A stretch of DNA of 64,000 bases from Bugula neritina (taxonomy: Eukaryota; Animalia; Bryozoa), in assembly GCA_964035545.1 (NCBI GenBank), contig OZ037765.1:8318698-8382697 (forward strand), given 5' to 3'. The notes below the pieces were generated by a model. It searched no databases, was not told where the DNA came from, and was given only the letters and a program-made list of their open reading frames with translations. This document shows positions 1 to 12,373 of this stretch, one piece after another; the first letter of the stretch is position 1, and each line of letters begins with the position of its first letter. A program made the position numbers and the translations under genes.

Positions 1-193
1 GAAGAAACAATATGTATTATATAATATGTAGTTCAGTAAATTCTAGCTTAACTAGTCAATTTTAACTAGACGCAGTTGATTATTGATATATGCAGCAGTT
101 GGTGCTATTTGCTTGCTAACATTTGTGACACATTAAACTTTTATTAAAATTCTAAGTTACATACATCATATATGCTGAAAAATTGTAGCTTAC

Positions 194-1602
194 CTGAAGC
201 TTATGCACAACCTGCAACTGTGCAACATGGGCTCTTTTCAACTCATCATACTTTTTTTCCCTTTCATCTCTTTTTAAAATCTCTGCTTGTAACTTTTGTA
301 TCTTGCTTTTCAGTTCAATGTTTTCATTAGATTGTGTTTGTACTCTCTGTTTCAAGGTCATATATCTCACTATCAATTCATTTTTGTCTATTGCATCAAA
401 ATCCGCTGCAGAGGTAGCCATCAATTCTTTTCTTGTTTCATCAAACCTGGAGAATATGCATTGAGTAAATGACCAAACTTACTATGCAGCTGTATCATAA
501 TATTATAACACAAGGTGTATTTAATTTTTAAATGGCTTGAGTCTTCAATTGTTACCCATGAACGTTTTCAACTGAACACCATATACAAGCATGCTCAAAG
601 TTTTATTATAGATAAGTAATAGAATGATAACAACATTAGGATTGTGTTTATTTTTTGCCCCTATAAGCAGAGTAACTGACCAAACACAAATATAAATTCA
701 TATATAGCTGATAAAAATATGTCAACCTTATTGATAATGTACCCACACGCAACATATTATATTGTAGCTAGAGCTGTAATAGTATGTGTTATATCTTTCA
801 GATATGGGAGTTACCTGTTCAACTGGCGACGTAAAGAGGAGTTGTCATCCTCCAAGTCGTGTATATGATCTCTCAGCATAAGAATATCTTTGCCCATTTT
901 GTGCACTGCTTGTCTGTAGTTCTCTAATTCTCTCATCTGGGAGTAAATAACAGAGCTACATTTTTTTAATCAAATCAAAACCAAAGCTGGTGCATTTTCT
1001 CTCAATTGAAACGCATGATGTTTAAAACATTCTAAATCAAGAATCCCAAGTGTATGATAGTACTTATTTCTTGATATATAGTTATTAGTAAAATAAATGA
1101 TGCATATAAACATATAAATCTAACCTAACAAAAGTATCCAAGCAATTCTAATTATTTACAAGTGTTTATATACAGGTAACTATAAAATGAAATATACAGA
1201 TTTCTACTTTAGTAGCGTGTAACATTTACTTAGTGAGTTGAATTTAAATACTTAAATGCAAAATAATTGCATTTTTGCTGCTTGGCTGGATGTGCAGTTT
1301 ATAATAAGTTATCATTGAAGCTTTACCTGATAGTCTAGTAATCCCATCTGACTTTCCTCTAATGTTGGTTTGACATTTGCCTTGACATTGCTGGGATTAA
1401 CAGCTGGAGTCTCAACAGGCTCTTCAACTCTCTTACTAGGCTTGGGAGTTGCCACTGGACTATCTTCTTCTATTTTTTCCTCAGGTTGAGTCTCTGCTGG
1501 CTTATCTTTCTTCTTACGATTGGGATCATAGAAGATGTACTTGTAGTCAGGTAGGATATTCTCAATTGCATCAGGAGACGGCAGTTCACCTGGGTCATCT
1601 TT
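194..1602 (-). CDS. CCDC33: Coiled-coil domain-containing protein 33-like, internal exons (gene continues beyond the left edge)
   Basis: Phase-compatible GT-AG exons 1602-1327 (KDDPGELPSPDAIENILPDYKYIFYDP...), 936-815 (MRELENYRQAVHKMGKDILMLRDHIHDLEDDNSSLRRQLN) and 446-194 (FDETRKELMATS...AEILKRDEREKKYDELKRAH). The middle exon resembles the CCDC33 coiled-coil segment as I recall it ([20 protein letters not shown]...LEGENRILRSRL). Orthology is from recall, not a search. Confidence 0.7.
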
Positions 1603-3110
1603 CTGTTAATAAAATTAGTTTCTATATATAAATTTTAGTTCTGAGTTTCAAGAGATAGAAAATTTACATATTGCTCGTATAGTTGTACATCTTGCTAGTT
1701 AAACAGCAATAAGAAAATTTGCAAGCATTATTATTTGCTGAGTCACTAAACACATTTCATATCTAAAAACCTGCTTTTAGAAGTACAAATAATCACTTTG
1801 GAGATCTATACATGTTCCTTTGAAGAGGTTTGTTTTATTAAAACAATAACTATTTTTTCCAACTTCTGTTTAAAGTTTCTTGATGAAATAGATTCACTGA
1901 AATCAATAAGGTAAACACACACACACACGCACACAAGCACGCACGCACCTGTATTCTGAACATTTTAAGTGTAATGCAGCTCACAGTTGAATAAATTTGT
2001 CTCCATATATATAAAAGCTACCTGAAATGGTGTGTAGTAAAGTGTGGCCATTTCTTATACTTGAACTTGCTTCAGCTCCACTCAATAATGGTGATTAATG
2101 GAAGATGTAAATTATACACTGCTGTAATTTTAGCACTTGTAACCAATCTAGTCACTGCTCTAACTTTTAAGTATGTAAACTACCACTTTAAGATACCCAT
2201 TGTGTACATTTGTATACACTAGTTACGCAGCAACTAATAAGGTATACAATGTCATTGTCAAATTGTGCGCCTGATAGGGAACCAACTTCTTTTGAGCTCA
2301 CTAATAACAAGGGCAGCAATAGAAATTTGTGAATTGACCTGTTAGCACCAAACTTTTGATAACATGTTTACAATGACTGATATAGACTTATTATGATTAC
2401 TAGGGTTAGGTAATAGTGTGATGGCAGCTGAATATGCATTGATTGAGAACTCTAAAAATAAATTAAATTGCTAGCAGCTTAATAGCAATTGAAGGGTTCA
2501 ACTTGTGATTTGTTAGCACGCATGTATGGGGAAACTTTGCTATGCAATATTTTAAAGAAATTGTGTTTTGTAAGAAAAGCTTTTCATGGCAGAATTTGTG
2601 AACTTTCACGGCAAAGTTAAGTTTTGGAAGTTAGCATAGCCTGATCGGCTAGCATATTATGACCCTATTTTAATTAATATAGCAATGGTTGGATTAGAAT
2701 ATCCAATTTAGCAATAATAAATGCGAAATTGACATGCAACAAAATGGCCGAACTCAGTCAAACCTTAAGCCATTATTCATCAGAGAGAAACTAATTAGCA
2801 AATTAATTTTCAAAATAAAGACCAAAACTTTTTCAACTCGATTCTTAACTCAATTTGAACTCCCCTATAGCTTATAACAGAAATAAATTTTAAAAACCAA
2901 CTCTATAAAAATTTCAGTCTCCATTAGTCACTACAATAATTAACAAAACCAATGTTCATTTAAACTAAAAAATATAAGAAAAACTGCAGAATTTTATTAT
3001 CACTCTACATGCATCTAGAGTCTACACTCTACAGCGTCAAAATAATATTTGAATGGTAAACTTGTCTGTAGAATGCATGTGTGCATTAAGAGACATCAAT
3101 GATTAATTAC

Positions 3111-6100
3111 CTTTACGCTGTAGCTGCTGCTATAAATAGAGCTCAGTGTAAAAGTTAGCCTTCTTGTTTTATATACAATCTTAGAGTAGTCTAAAATATA
3201 ATATCAATATTGGCCAAGGTTTATAATGCTAAGAATGTCACTATACTGTAATTCAATATGCAAACTATATGCAAACCTTAGCAAACTACTATGCTAAATT
3301 TCTATTCATACTGCAAGACATCTACAAAAGTTTAAATATTAATTTGTTTTTGTCAAATTTTAACAAGCACAATCTTCTCATAAGATCACAGTTAGTTTAA
3401 CTCACTAAAATTGACATGAACAGCCACAATGTATGTAACTTGTGGTTATACCACATACAATTGTAGCAAAAAGTCATTTACTACATCATAAGAAAACTAA
3501 ACTAGAGCTAAAGTTTTAGAAGAAGCATTTTTTTAAAGTATAATAATGATTAAAAATGCCAACACGTATTTTCAAAACATAGAACATAGTAATTTCACAA
3601 ACATTTTTGTGTGCTAGCATATTAGATATAGCTATGAGGTAGCTTTTTCTAATGTGATGAAACTCTGGATAATGGCATTACACTTAACTGTTTTTCTATT
3701 ATTTGATAGACAAATAGTACAACAGCAATCCTTATTCAAACCACACATAACCAATTAAATCTGAAAACGTCTTTAGATGGGAAGCAATAGGAATTTTGAG
3801 TAAAATTGTACCATAAAAGTTATTAGAGCTTTCAGTGCATGCATTTGAAACTTCAAATTAGCAAAGTACACAAAGTACAGAGTGTATAGTATCCTATTTC
3901 GCACCATATTATTGTAAATGATTAGATAAATATGGAATACAGCTATAAATTTAGTAGTGTTTAAAACAATGTAGAACTAACCAGAAATATATGACATTGG
4001 TTGGTTACATGCAAATTTCATTAGTTGAATTATACATAGTTGCTATTGTCTACACTCTACAGCTACGTACACACATAGGAGTTGTTTTATTTTTTCAGCT
4101 AAAAGAGTTTCGTGCAAATGTGTGGAGCCAATTAGATGTATTGGCTAAACCAGCTCATTTCTCAACCAATAAACGGAAATATTTTACAATTATTTAGCAA
4201 ATTAATTGGAGTCGTAAGTTTGTTATTTATCAATAGAGAGTGTTTTTCACACTGAGCTGTTTATAATTATTGAGTTCATTGGTTTTTCATCTCAGACTCA
4301 CAGTAATGGTAAATAACAAGTTTTTGTAATTGCATAACCGTTACGATTGCAGATCATTTATTGTAATCCATATTATTATTTACACCCACATAATTATAGT
4401 AATCATTAGTATATAAACTGTACGTTTAAAGCCTTGTACTGTAGTTTAGACTGTGTAGACATGTTTAAGGGTTCTGTCTGGCAAATTTGAATTTAAAAGT
4501 AGTCTTAATTTCTAAATTAAAATTGAACTTAAAGTTAATCTTAATGGGCAAATGCATTTGCAATCATCACTTCATGATTGATGATTTATATTTTGATAAT
4601 CACAATGATAATCACAATCAGGCAATGACAGTCCCAATGATAATGAATTAGAGTATGAGTCATTGAGTGTCACTATTACAATAGCCATAGGAATGGTTAT
4701 GCTAAACTTACAGTTACAGTTAGTGTTACTGTTACTGTTAGAGTTAGTGATTAATTATTTATATAATATTTATAATTATATTATTACGATAATGATTATT
4801 ATGATGCTTATTTTTAAGTTATAGTTTTACTTATAATTATTTTTAATTTAATTTTAGTTATAGTCCTTTTGAAATTAATCTAACTTTAGGTTTAACTTTC
4901 AGTTTGAGCCTGTAAGTGTATTCACTTTTTAGTTGATAATCATCATTGTGATAACCTAAAAATAATCATGATTATTTTATTTTTGTGATATATTTTTTAC
5001 TATAATATGTTGTATTGAAACTGTCTAGTGGCAATAAATGGAACACATATGTTGTATACTTGTATACGAAAGCTTTTACATTTCAAGGTTAATTGGAATT
5101 TATACACTTAGAATTAGCCCATCCATCCATAAAACTTGCTACAACTTGAAAAAAGTCATGACTTTATCCTTATACTAATTAATAAAACTAGTGTCGCTTA
5201 AGTTGAATCCGCGACATTTCACAAATGACAATTCAAAAACACCTATTTCGAAAAAGACAATTCCCAAATTGACAATTCCCAAATTGACAATTAATAAATT
5301 GACTTTTAGAAAAAAGACATTTCTAAAAAATACATTTCACAAATGATACGACCCAGTCGGGTGTGAGCTCGACCGGGTCGAGAATAAGTTAATATAAACG
5401 TGGGCAATTGCAGATTGGGACTGTTTGGTAGCTAACACTACTTGCATGATAGCCTAACTCATACGGCGTTTATATTTGTTGCTGAAAGCTTTAAATCTTG
5501 TCAAGTTCAAGTTGAAATAATTACTACTTATTTACTTTTACTTTTATACTTGTATTATTTCGTGATGTTACTATGTACATTATATGTTATTTAATTTTAT
5601 TAACCGTATTTCATAAGTTAAAACTGAAAAGTAAGAAGAGAATGAAATACAGTTAATAAAATTAAATAACATATAATGTACATAGTAACATCACGAAATA
5701 ATACAAGTATAAAAGTAAAAGTAAATAAGTAGTAATTATTTCAACTTGAACTTGACAAGATTTAAAGCTTTCAGCAACAAATATAAACGCCATATGAGTT
5801 AGGCTATCATGCAAGTAGTGTTAGCTACCAAACAGTCCCAATCTGCAATTGCCCACGTTTATATTAACTTATTCTCGACCCGGTCGAGCTCACACCCGAC
5901 TGGGTCGTATCATTTGTGAAATGTCATTTTTAAAAATGTCTTTTTTTCTAAAAGTCAATTTATTAATTGTCAATTTAGAAATTGTCAATTTAGGAATTGT
6001 CTTTTTCGAAATGGGTGTTTTTGAATTGACATTTGTGAAATGTCGTGTCACCGCTTAAGTTAATTATAGTTTCTTGCAGTTTCTTGTATGTGTAATCAAC

Positions 6101-6172
6101 TTTTCCTTCAAATCTTATGGCAACCAGCATAACTATGTTACTATGCTCACTCTGCTCACCTTTCATCGCCAT
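3111..6172 (-). CDS. Candidate short 5' coding exons of the CCDC33-like gene (6172-6160 and 3190-3111)
   Basis: ACATGGCG start context, ATG GCG ATG AAA G|gtgagc (phase 1). The next candidate exon tttag|AC TAC TCT...GTA AAG|gtaat starts in phase 1 and ends in phase 0, matching the phase-0 acceptor at 1602. No homology support. Confidence 0.3.
5205..6052. mobile_element. Foldback/MITE non-autonomous DNA transposon, Mutator (MULE)-like, 848 bp
   Basis: Inverted arms of about 410 bp (5205-5614 and 5642-6052) around a 27-bp spacer. 9-bp direct repeat GCTTAAGTT at 5196-5204 and 6053-6061. G...C termini (GAATCCGCGACATTTCACAAATG / GGTGACACGACATTTCACAAATG). Subterminal AA(T)TGACAATT-type repeats. No coding capacity. 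Confidence 0.9.
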
Positions 6173-7019
6173 GTCCTGATCAGGTGGTTACTTTATTTTC
6201 CCTAATATTTTTAGAATAAAGTACATTTACATTGGTAGTTCCAATACTTAAATACAATTTTTATTTAAAATTCCATTTAAGGCTACAATACACATTGAGG
6301 GAAGCTAAATTTTAGAGTTTCGAACTTTGTCTTTTACCTGTCTTTACTCGTAATTGGTGCAAAAGTATTTTTTCTATGTGACTCAAAAATTGTAGGGTAG
6401 ATTTAACAATACAGCAAAGCAACAAGGTTTTGGGTTTTCAAGCCGACTTGAAATTTAAATCGAAACTTGTATAGTAGAAGTTGTTGCAACATAAAGTAAG
6501 CTCATACACTTCAAGCCAAAAGTACATAAGCACTTGAAAATATTGCTGAAAAAACATCAGGTGATTGTTAAAAGTTATTCAATGCCAAGTTGTGCTGTTT
6601 GTGCATAGATATCTGTAATACTTGATGAGGAGTTTTATAAAATAAGGAAACTGACTTTTACATGCTAAAAACATCTTGGAAGTTATTTGTGTGTAATTTT
6701 AATATCCTAAGAGCAATAATGAATTTAGCAGTTGAAAGATAAAACTATGGATAGTGGCGAGGCTTATAGAATTGAATATTTTTAAAACAGTCAAATCAAA
6801 ATACACGGCAATTGTCATCACTGCTAAAACAGTTTTCAGTGAGACATACGGTATCCCACAGAGTGGCCATATGTTTGACATTAGTGGCTGCTCACAGTTA
6901 TATGTATTACTTTTTAACTATGGTAAACCCATTCTATTTGTTTTTGCTGCAAGTAATTAAGAACATATTAGATATTCATATGAAATTATGTTGACATTAA
7001 CAAGTTGGTTTCACTATGG

Positions 7020-7236
7020 GATTATATTGCATCTGTATTGTATACTACTACATGTATACTTTATACTACTTCATGTATATTGCATACTACTACATGTATA
7101 CTGTATACTACTACATGTGTATTATATACTACTACATGTGTACTGTATACTACTTCATGTATATTGTATACTACATCTATATTGTATACTACTACGTGTA
7201 TGTATATTATATACTATTTCATGTGTACTGTATACT
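7020..7236. repeat. 21-bp minisatellite (about TATACTACTACATGTATATTG, roughly 10 copies)
   Basis: Visible tandem repeat; explains the repetitive ORFs (LLHVYCI / YTTTCIL / YYYMYIV) in all three + frames. Confidence 0.9.
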
Positions 7237-8808
7237 AATGCATGCATTTGTTTGCTATCATCGAACTTGAAATTGATTTTTCAACATATTTTCATATGAA
7301 CACTTTATGTAGACTATTATCTCTCATTTAGTCAATAGTTGGTATGCAAGAAGAATGAGTAAAAATAATGTATTTTCTCATTAATACAAAATAATCTCAC
7401 AGCCATCACACGTATTCAACTCTTATTAGATCACTGAATGCAATATTGTTTACTGGTAAATTTATTATGAGTGTAAAGTTTTGCTCTCCATATGAGTATT
7501 ACTTTCAAGATAAACCTGTTTGCTAATAAGATTTATGCTATTTTATTGCAGGTAAATGAAAAATTAAGATTGCGAGCTTTTAGCATATTGATCAGTCAGG
7601 CATATACATAGACCTCTAATTCAGACACAATTTCATGAAATTGTTGTATCTTTTGTCTCCATAAATGTTGGTAAGTGATTCTGTTATATATAATCATTGG
7701 GAAGCTAACAGTAATTGGACGATATATTCTAGTAGGCAGTAACTTTTCTCAGCTCGGTGTAGAATTGTAGTTCTTTGAATATTGGCAGCTCTCGAGAACT
7801 CTTTACAAAATTATATGACTATAAAATAAAGGAATTAGATTCCAAACCCAAATGCCAAACTAAAATCATAATCCCAACCTAAGCAAAAATCTACATTTCT
7901 ACACCAAGCAGCTTTGCTCAGTGTGGTTCTCTACTGTCAGCTGAATCTTTATGTGTTTCTATTCTGTTATGTGGCTTCTATCAGTTTTCTCTTGGTTATG
8001 TTGGGACTAAGGGCAATAGTAGGCTATGTGTTTTCTATATAATTTGTGTAATATACATCATCACAAAACACAAATACAAATTTTTCTCCTAACCTTGAAA
8101 TTAATGCTTAGCTATGAGTTTTAAAACACAAATTAAATGAACAATATGCTAGTCAAGGTACAGACTTGAAAATTGTTCAGTTACTCCAAAATTATTTGAA
8201 CTGAAATTTAAATGTTAGAGGTTTTGCATCTGAAAATAGCTATGGTGCTTGTAATGAGAAAATAACTTCACAACTGAAGCTTGAAAAAAGATTTCATCCA
8301 CAGTTTTATCGCACTATTACTGATAGTATGACACCCAACTACTCTTAAATGTTTAAAAGAATAATACACATCAAAACATGACCAACTTAAGTATCAAATC
8401 CAGGTGGACATTTTGCACATAAGACTTGACAGTCATATACCCAGTATCTTAGGTAATTGTGTAATTTGTGGTGCTCTTTTATGTCTAGTGTCTAATTTAT
8501 ATATTTTTTGTTTTTGATGCAGCTAATCATTGCACCAGTTCCGTGTTATAGTATACGTGTAATATTCATCAATAATACAACATGAAATATTTGATTGCAT
8601 ATGCAGTTGGATAGATTTTTTGACTGAACCATGTACTGGGATAGTGAACCCAGTTCTATATTAACTCGGCAGTAATTGATTTTTCTACATTCATAATTAG
8701 AAAAAAGCTGTAGTGGAAAATAGGTGACGTAACTGTATTACTTATAGTAGATTTATCCTGGTTGTTAGATGATTTACTTTGTGCATTTCATTTGAACTAC
8801 AGGTATAA

Positions 8809-9524
8809 TGGGGTCTACAGACTACAGTCGAAACTGAACTCTGAACGCGTTTTTGGAGCTGCTCAAGCATACCTTCAATGTCACGTCCTACTGCAAATGC
8901 TGAACTGTCTCTAGCCCCGAAATAAACTTTTAACCAATAGGAATGCCGTAGCTTAATTTCTGCTGTATCCACAGCAACCAAAAATAAAATTTAAAGCAAT
9001 TTATTGAGAATTACTAGTATAATTCAATACGATTTACTAGTTATTTTTATTCTAATTTACTAGCTTCACTTATTCAAAATTACTAGCTTCATTTAATGAG
9101 ATTTAATAGCTTTATTCAATCGCATTCACTAGCATAAAGAACTAAATATGCTAATAAAATTCAGCCAAATTAGAATAACCAAATATGCTGATGAAATACA
9201 GCCAAATTTATCTGCTAAATATTTATTTTCATAGTTGTTTTTGATTGAGATTTGCATACATAACTTCATCATAATAATGTTATTAAGTAAAATAATATAA
9301 TTTTCGAAGAACCAAATCAAATAATAATGCTCACTAGTAGCACGTAGAATAAGTAAAAGCACTTAGCCAATCAGGGCTTACCTGCCATGTCTGTCTAACG
9401 CTGAACGCATCCGAAAAATTGACAGTTGCGTTCAGAAATCAGACAGTTGTGACATCACGGAGTTCAACGCTTAGCCTCGAAATTTAGTTCACAGTCGAGT
9501 TTCGACTGTAGTCTGTCTACCCCA
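8809..9524. mobile_element. PIF/Harbinger (Tourist-like) MITE, 716 bp
   Basis: Roughly 38-bp imperfect TIRs: TGGGGTCTACAGACTACAGTCGAAACTGAACTCTGAAC versus the reverse complement of the right end TGGGGTAGACAGACTACAGTCGAAACTCGACTGTGAAC. Flanked by TAA at 8806-8808 and 9525-9527 (3-bp TWA TSD typical of PIF/Harbinger). AT-rich interior with TTACTAG repeats. Confidence 0.8.
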
Positions 9525-9602
9525 TAAGTCGGTGCATGTATCGCTCAATGGCTAAACCTGATTTTGTAAATTTCAGCTCCAACTCATTGTCTTAGCTGCT
9601 AG

Positions 9603-11743
9603 ATGAATATGTTAAGGAGGTTAGGTGTTAGAGTAGACAAGTTGCATGTCATTCTGTGTCTGGCTTGCCTCTTACTCTGTCTCATACTGGTGTATGATGA
9701 GCGCTCTGGCAACTCTGCTCTTGAATTCAATGTGTATGACAATGGAAATGGACATTCTAATAAAGATCTTGTGTTTTACAACAGAACAGTTCCCCTTCTG
9801 TGGGTATGTACTTTTCCAATCTTGTTTTGGCTCTCTATATTACAATATGGGTTAGTTGTTAATATAGATTTAGATTGGACATGGTTTAGAGTGATTACCA
9901 TGTTTTGAATTCTAACAGATTGGGGGTGTCCCAAGGAGCGGTACCACACTAGCTAGAGCCATGCTAGATGCTCATCCGGATATAAGGTGTGGTGAGGAGA
10001 CTAGAGTCATACCTAGAATATTAGGGATGCATACGAAGACTATCATGTCCTCTCTAGAAATGTCAAGGCTAACCGAGGCTCATATAGATGAAAGACTACT
10101 GAGAGAGGCTTTGGCTAGCTACATACTTACTATTATTGGTATAGTATATTGGGATTTGTGTCTGCAGTACATTTTGGTTTGGCATGTGGGCTAATTGTAG
10201 CAGTTATTTACATATCATGCTAATTCTTTTCAAGAAAAGTTATAAATTGCACAAGATAGTAAAATTTCGTCTCAAATTTTCAATTATAATGATTATACAA
10301 ATGTTTAAATTTAAGTAGAAGTTACAATTATGCACATAAAAAATGTACTATACTCAAATTGAAATGATAGTTTTCCAGTTGCTTTACTCGCTGTATGATA
10401 CTAGTTTTCTTGTAGCTGGTCACGGAGACCCAGCACCTTTGCTCTGTAACAAAGACCCATTCGCCATTAGATCAATGTCACATATCAGGAAAATGTTCCC
10501 CAACTCTAAGTTTATCATGATGATCAGGGATGGTCGCTCTGTCTCCCACTCAATTATTTCTCGTCATATCACCATAAAGGGTTTTGATATAAAATCTTAT
10601 CTTGGCTGTCTGAAAGATTGGAATCGAGCTATAGGAACCATGTGGGAGGCTTGCAAAAGTAGTGGTATGTCAATCCATTGTGTTTTGTGTTGTTTGTGTT
10701 ATTGTTTCAGCTATCATAAAAAAGAGAGAACGTGCTAGATGAATATGTTAAGGAATTGATTAGTTGATTAGTTAGTTGATTGATGGAAGAGGCCGAAGCC
10801 GTGATTTATTACCACAATATATAATACAAGATAATACTGAAATTATTACAAAATAAGTGAGACAATTGATTGTTATGATTATGCACAAAAATAGTAAATT
10901 ATTAAAATAACATTACAAATAAATGTTTACATAAATACTGAACAGATTGTATTCCAGCTTGTGAGTGCTTTTTACTTAAGACTATTTTGTTAGTACTTAA
11001 TTTGCTTTGGAAAACTAATGTATTGAATTTAGTCCCAGTTCTCTAATCAGAAAATGTGGTACGAGGTTTGTCAGGCTATAGAGACTAGTATGCCTAAAGC
11101 TACACTAAGAAACAACTTTATTGGACCCAATGTTGAGCCAAATACATGTCAATAGTGAAGTCTAGTTCTATAGAGCAATTTAATTTATGTTTCAGGACCG
11201 GAGATTTGTCTCCCCGTATATTATGAACGTTTGGTGTTGGATCCTAAGCCTCAAATGGAAAGAATACTCAAGTTTATAGGTATAAAGTGGGATGATAGAG
11301 TCATACATCATGAACAAGCTATTGGAGTGAAAGGGGGAATTTCTTTATCCAAGTATGTTATACTACGTTCAATATGCAATGCAGTACTAATTTTCCTAAT
11401 TTAAATGTTTAGCTTTTTATTAAGCATTAACAGGTGCGTAGATTGAAAATATTATTCATTCGATCTCCATTTATTTATAGGATGTTTTATCCTTTTAAGG
11501 TAAAAATATTTACAACATGCAACGATGTTATTTTATAGGAAAGAGCCTTCAACTAACCAAGTTAATAAAGCAGTAAATCAAGAAGCATTATCTAAATGGT
11601 ATGGGGAAATACCAGCAAGTACGTTGAATCAGCTGAAAAAGGAAGCACCCATGCTAAAAAGACTCGGTTATGATACAGATCATTCTCCACCTGATTATAA
11701 TAAACTATTGAATCCATTAGCTGAGAAAACCTTGAATCTGTAA
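9603..11743 (+). CDS. TPST: Protein-tyrosine sulfotransferase (type II Golgi membrane protein)
   Basis: Exons 9603-9803, 9919-10138, 10416-10664, 11196-11352, 11539-11743. N-terminal TM ([16 protein letters not shown]), 5'-PSB loop [39 protein letters not shown], 3'-PB region [12 protein letters not shown]-terminal [10 protein letters not shown]. Confidence 0.95.
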
Positions 11744-12373
11744 CCCTATCTTTTATTCAACTTTTTTTATATGTGGTGCTACAATTTTTATTTTACTAGT
11801 TTATTTTTTTCTTCCATTATTTTACAGATGTTGTTTTACCTTCTAAAGTGGCTACACAATTTTCTTTCCAAAAAAGCATTATTGTGATCATTGTTGAAAA
11901 TGTTTTCAAGTGCCATATATGTTATACATATGATGTATATACGATATCAATGTGTTATTTAAATCTTTAATGTAGTACTTCACTTTCACTAATTCAAATA
12001 AGCTATACTTCTCAGGTGTACTACATTATACTATTTAGGTGTATAATTTCTATTAATTATGTTGTGCCTAGACATGGCGATTAGCAGTTGCATTATGGTA
12101 TACTGTACAATTTCGTTATGTTACAATAAGTTTTCCTTGATATTATAATCACCAGTGTCATTACTGCATGTAATAACTGGCGAGTTTTATTTCAAATCAT
12201 CATAGATACAAAAATAATGTCTATATCATAGTATATGGAATTTTGTGTTCATTACAAATAGAAAGACTAAACATTTCCAAGTACAAAAAATACTTAGTGC
12301 AGTAAGCTAAGTTTAAAAATTAGAAAATAATCCAAGAAATTGATAGTCATTTATAACATTATTGTACTAGAAT

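Noticed and set aside
3635-3650. TGAGGTAG let-7-like seed
   Set aside because: The following sequence does not match let-7 and no hairpin is evident.
5849-6058. 69-aa ORF inside the foldback element
   Set aside because: Translation of subterminal repeats; no transposase motifs.
6988-7299. Repetitive ORFs in three frames; superficially array-like
   Set aside because: Plain 21-bp tandem repeat with no unique spacers and no cas genes in a eukaryotic context; not CRISPR and not a protein.
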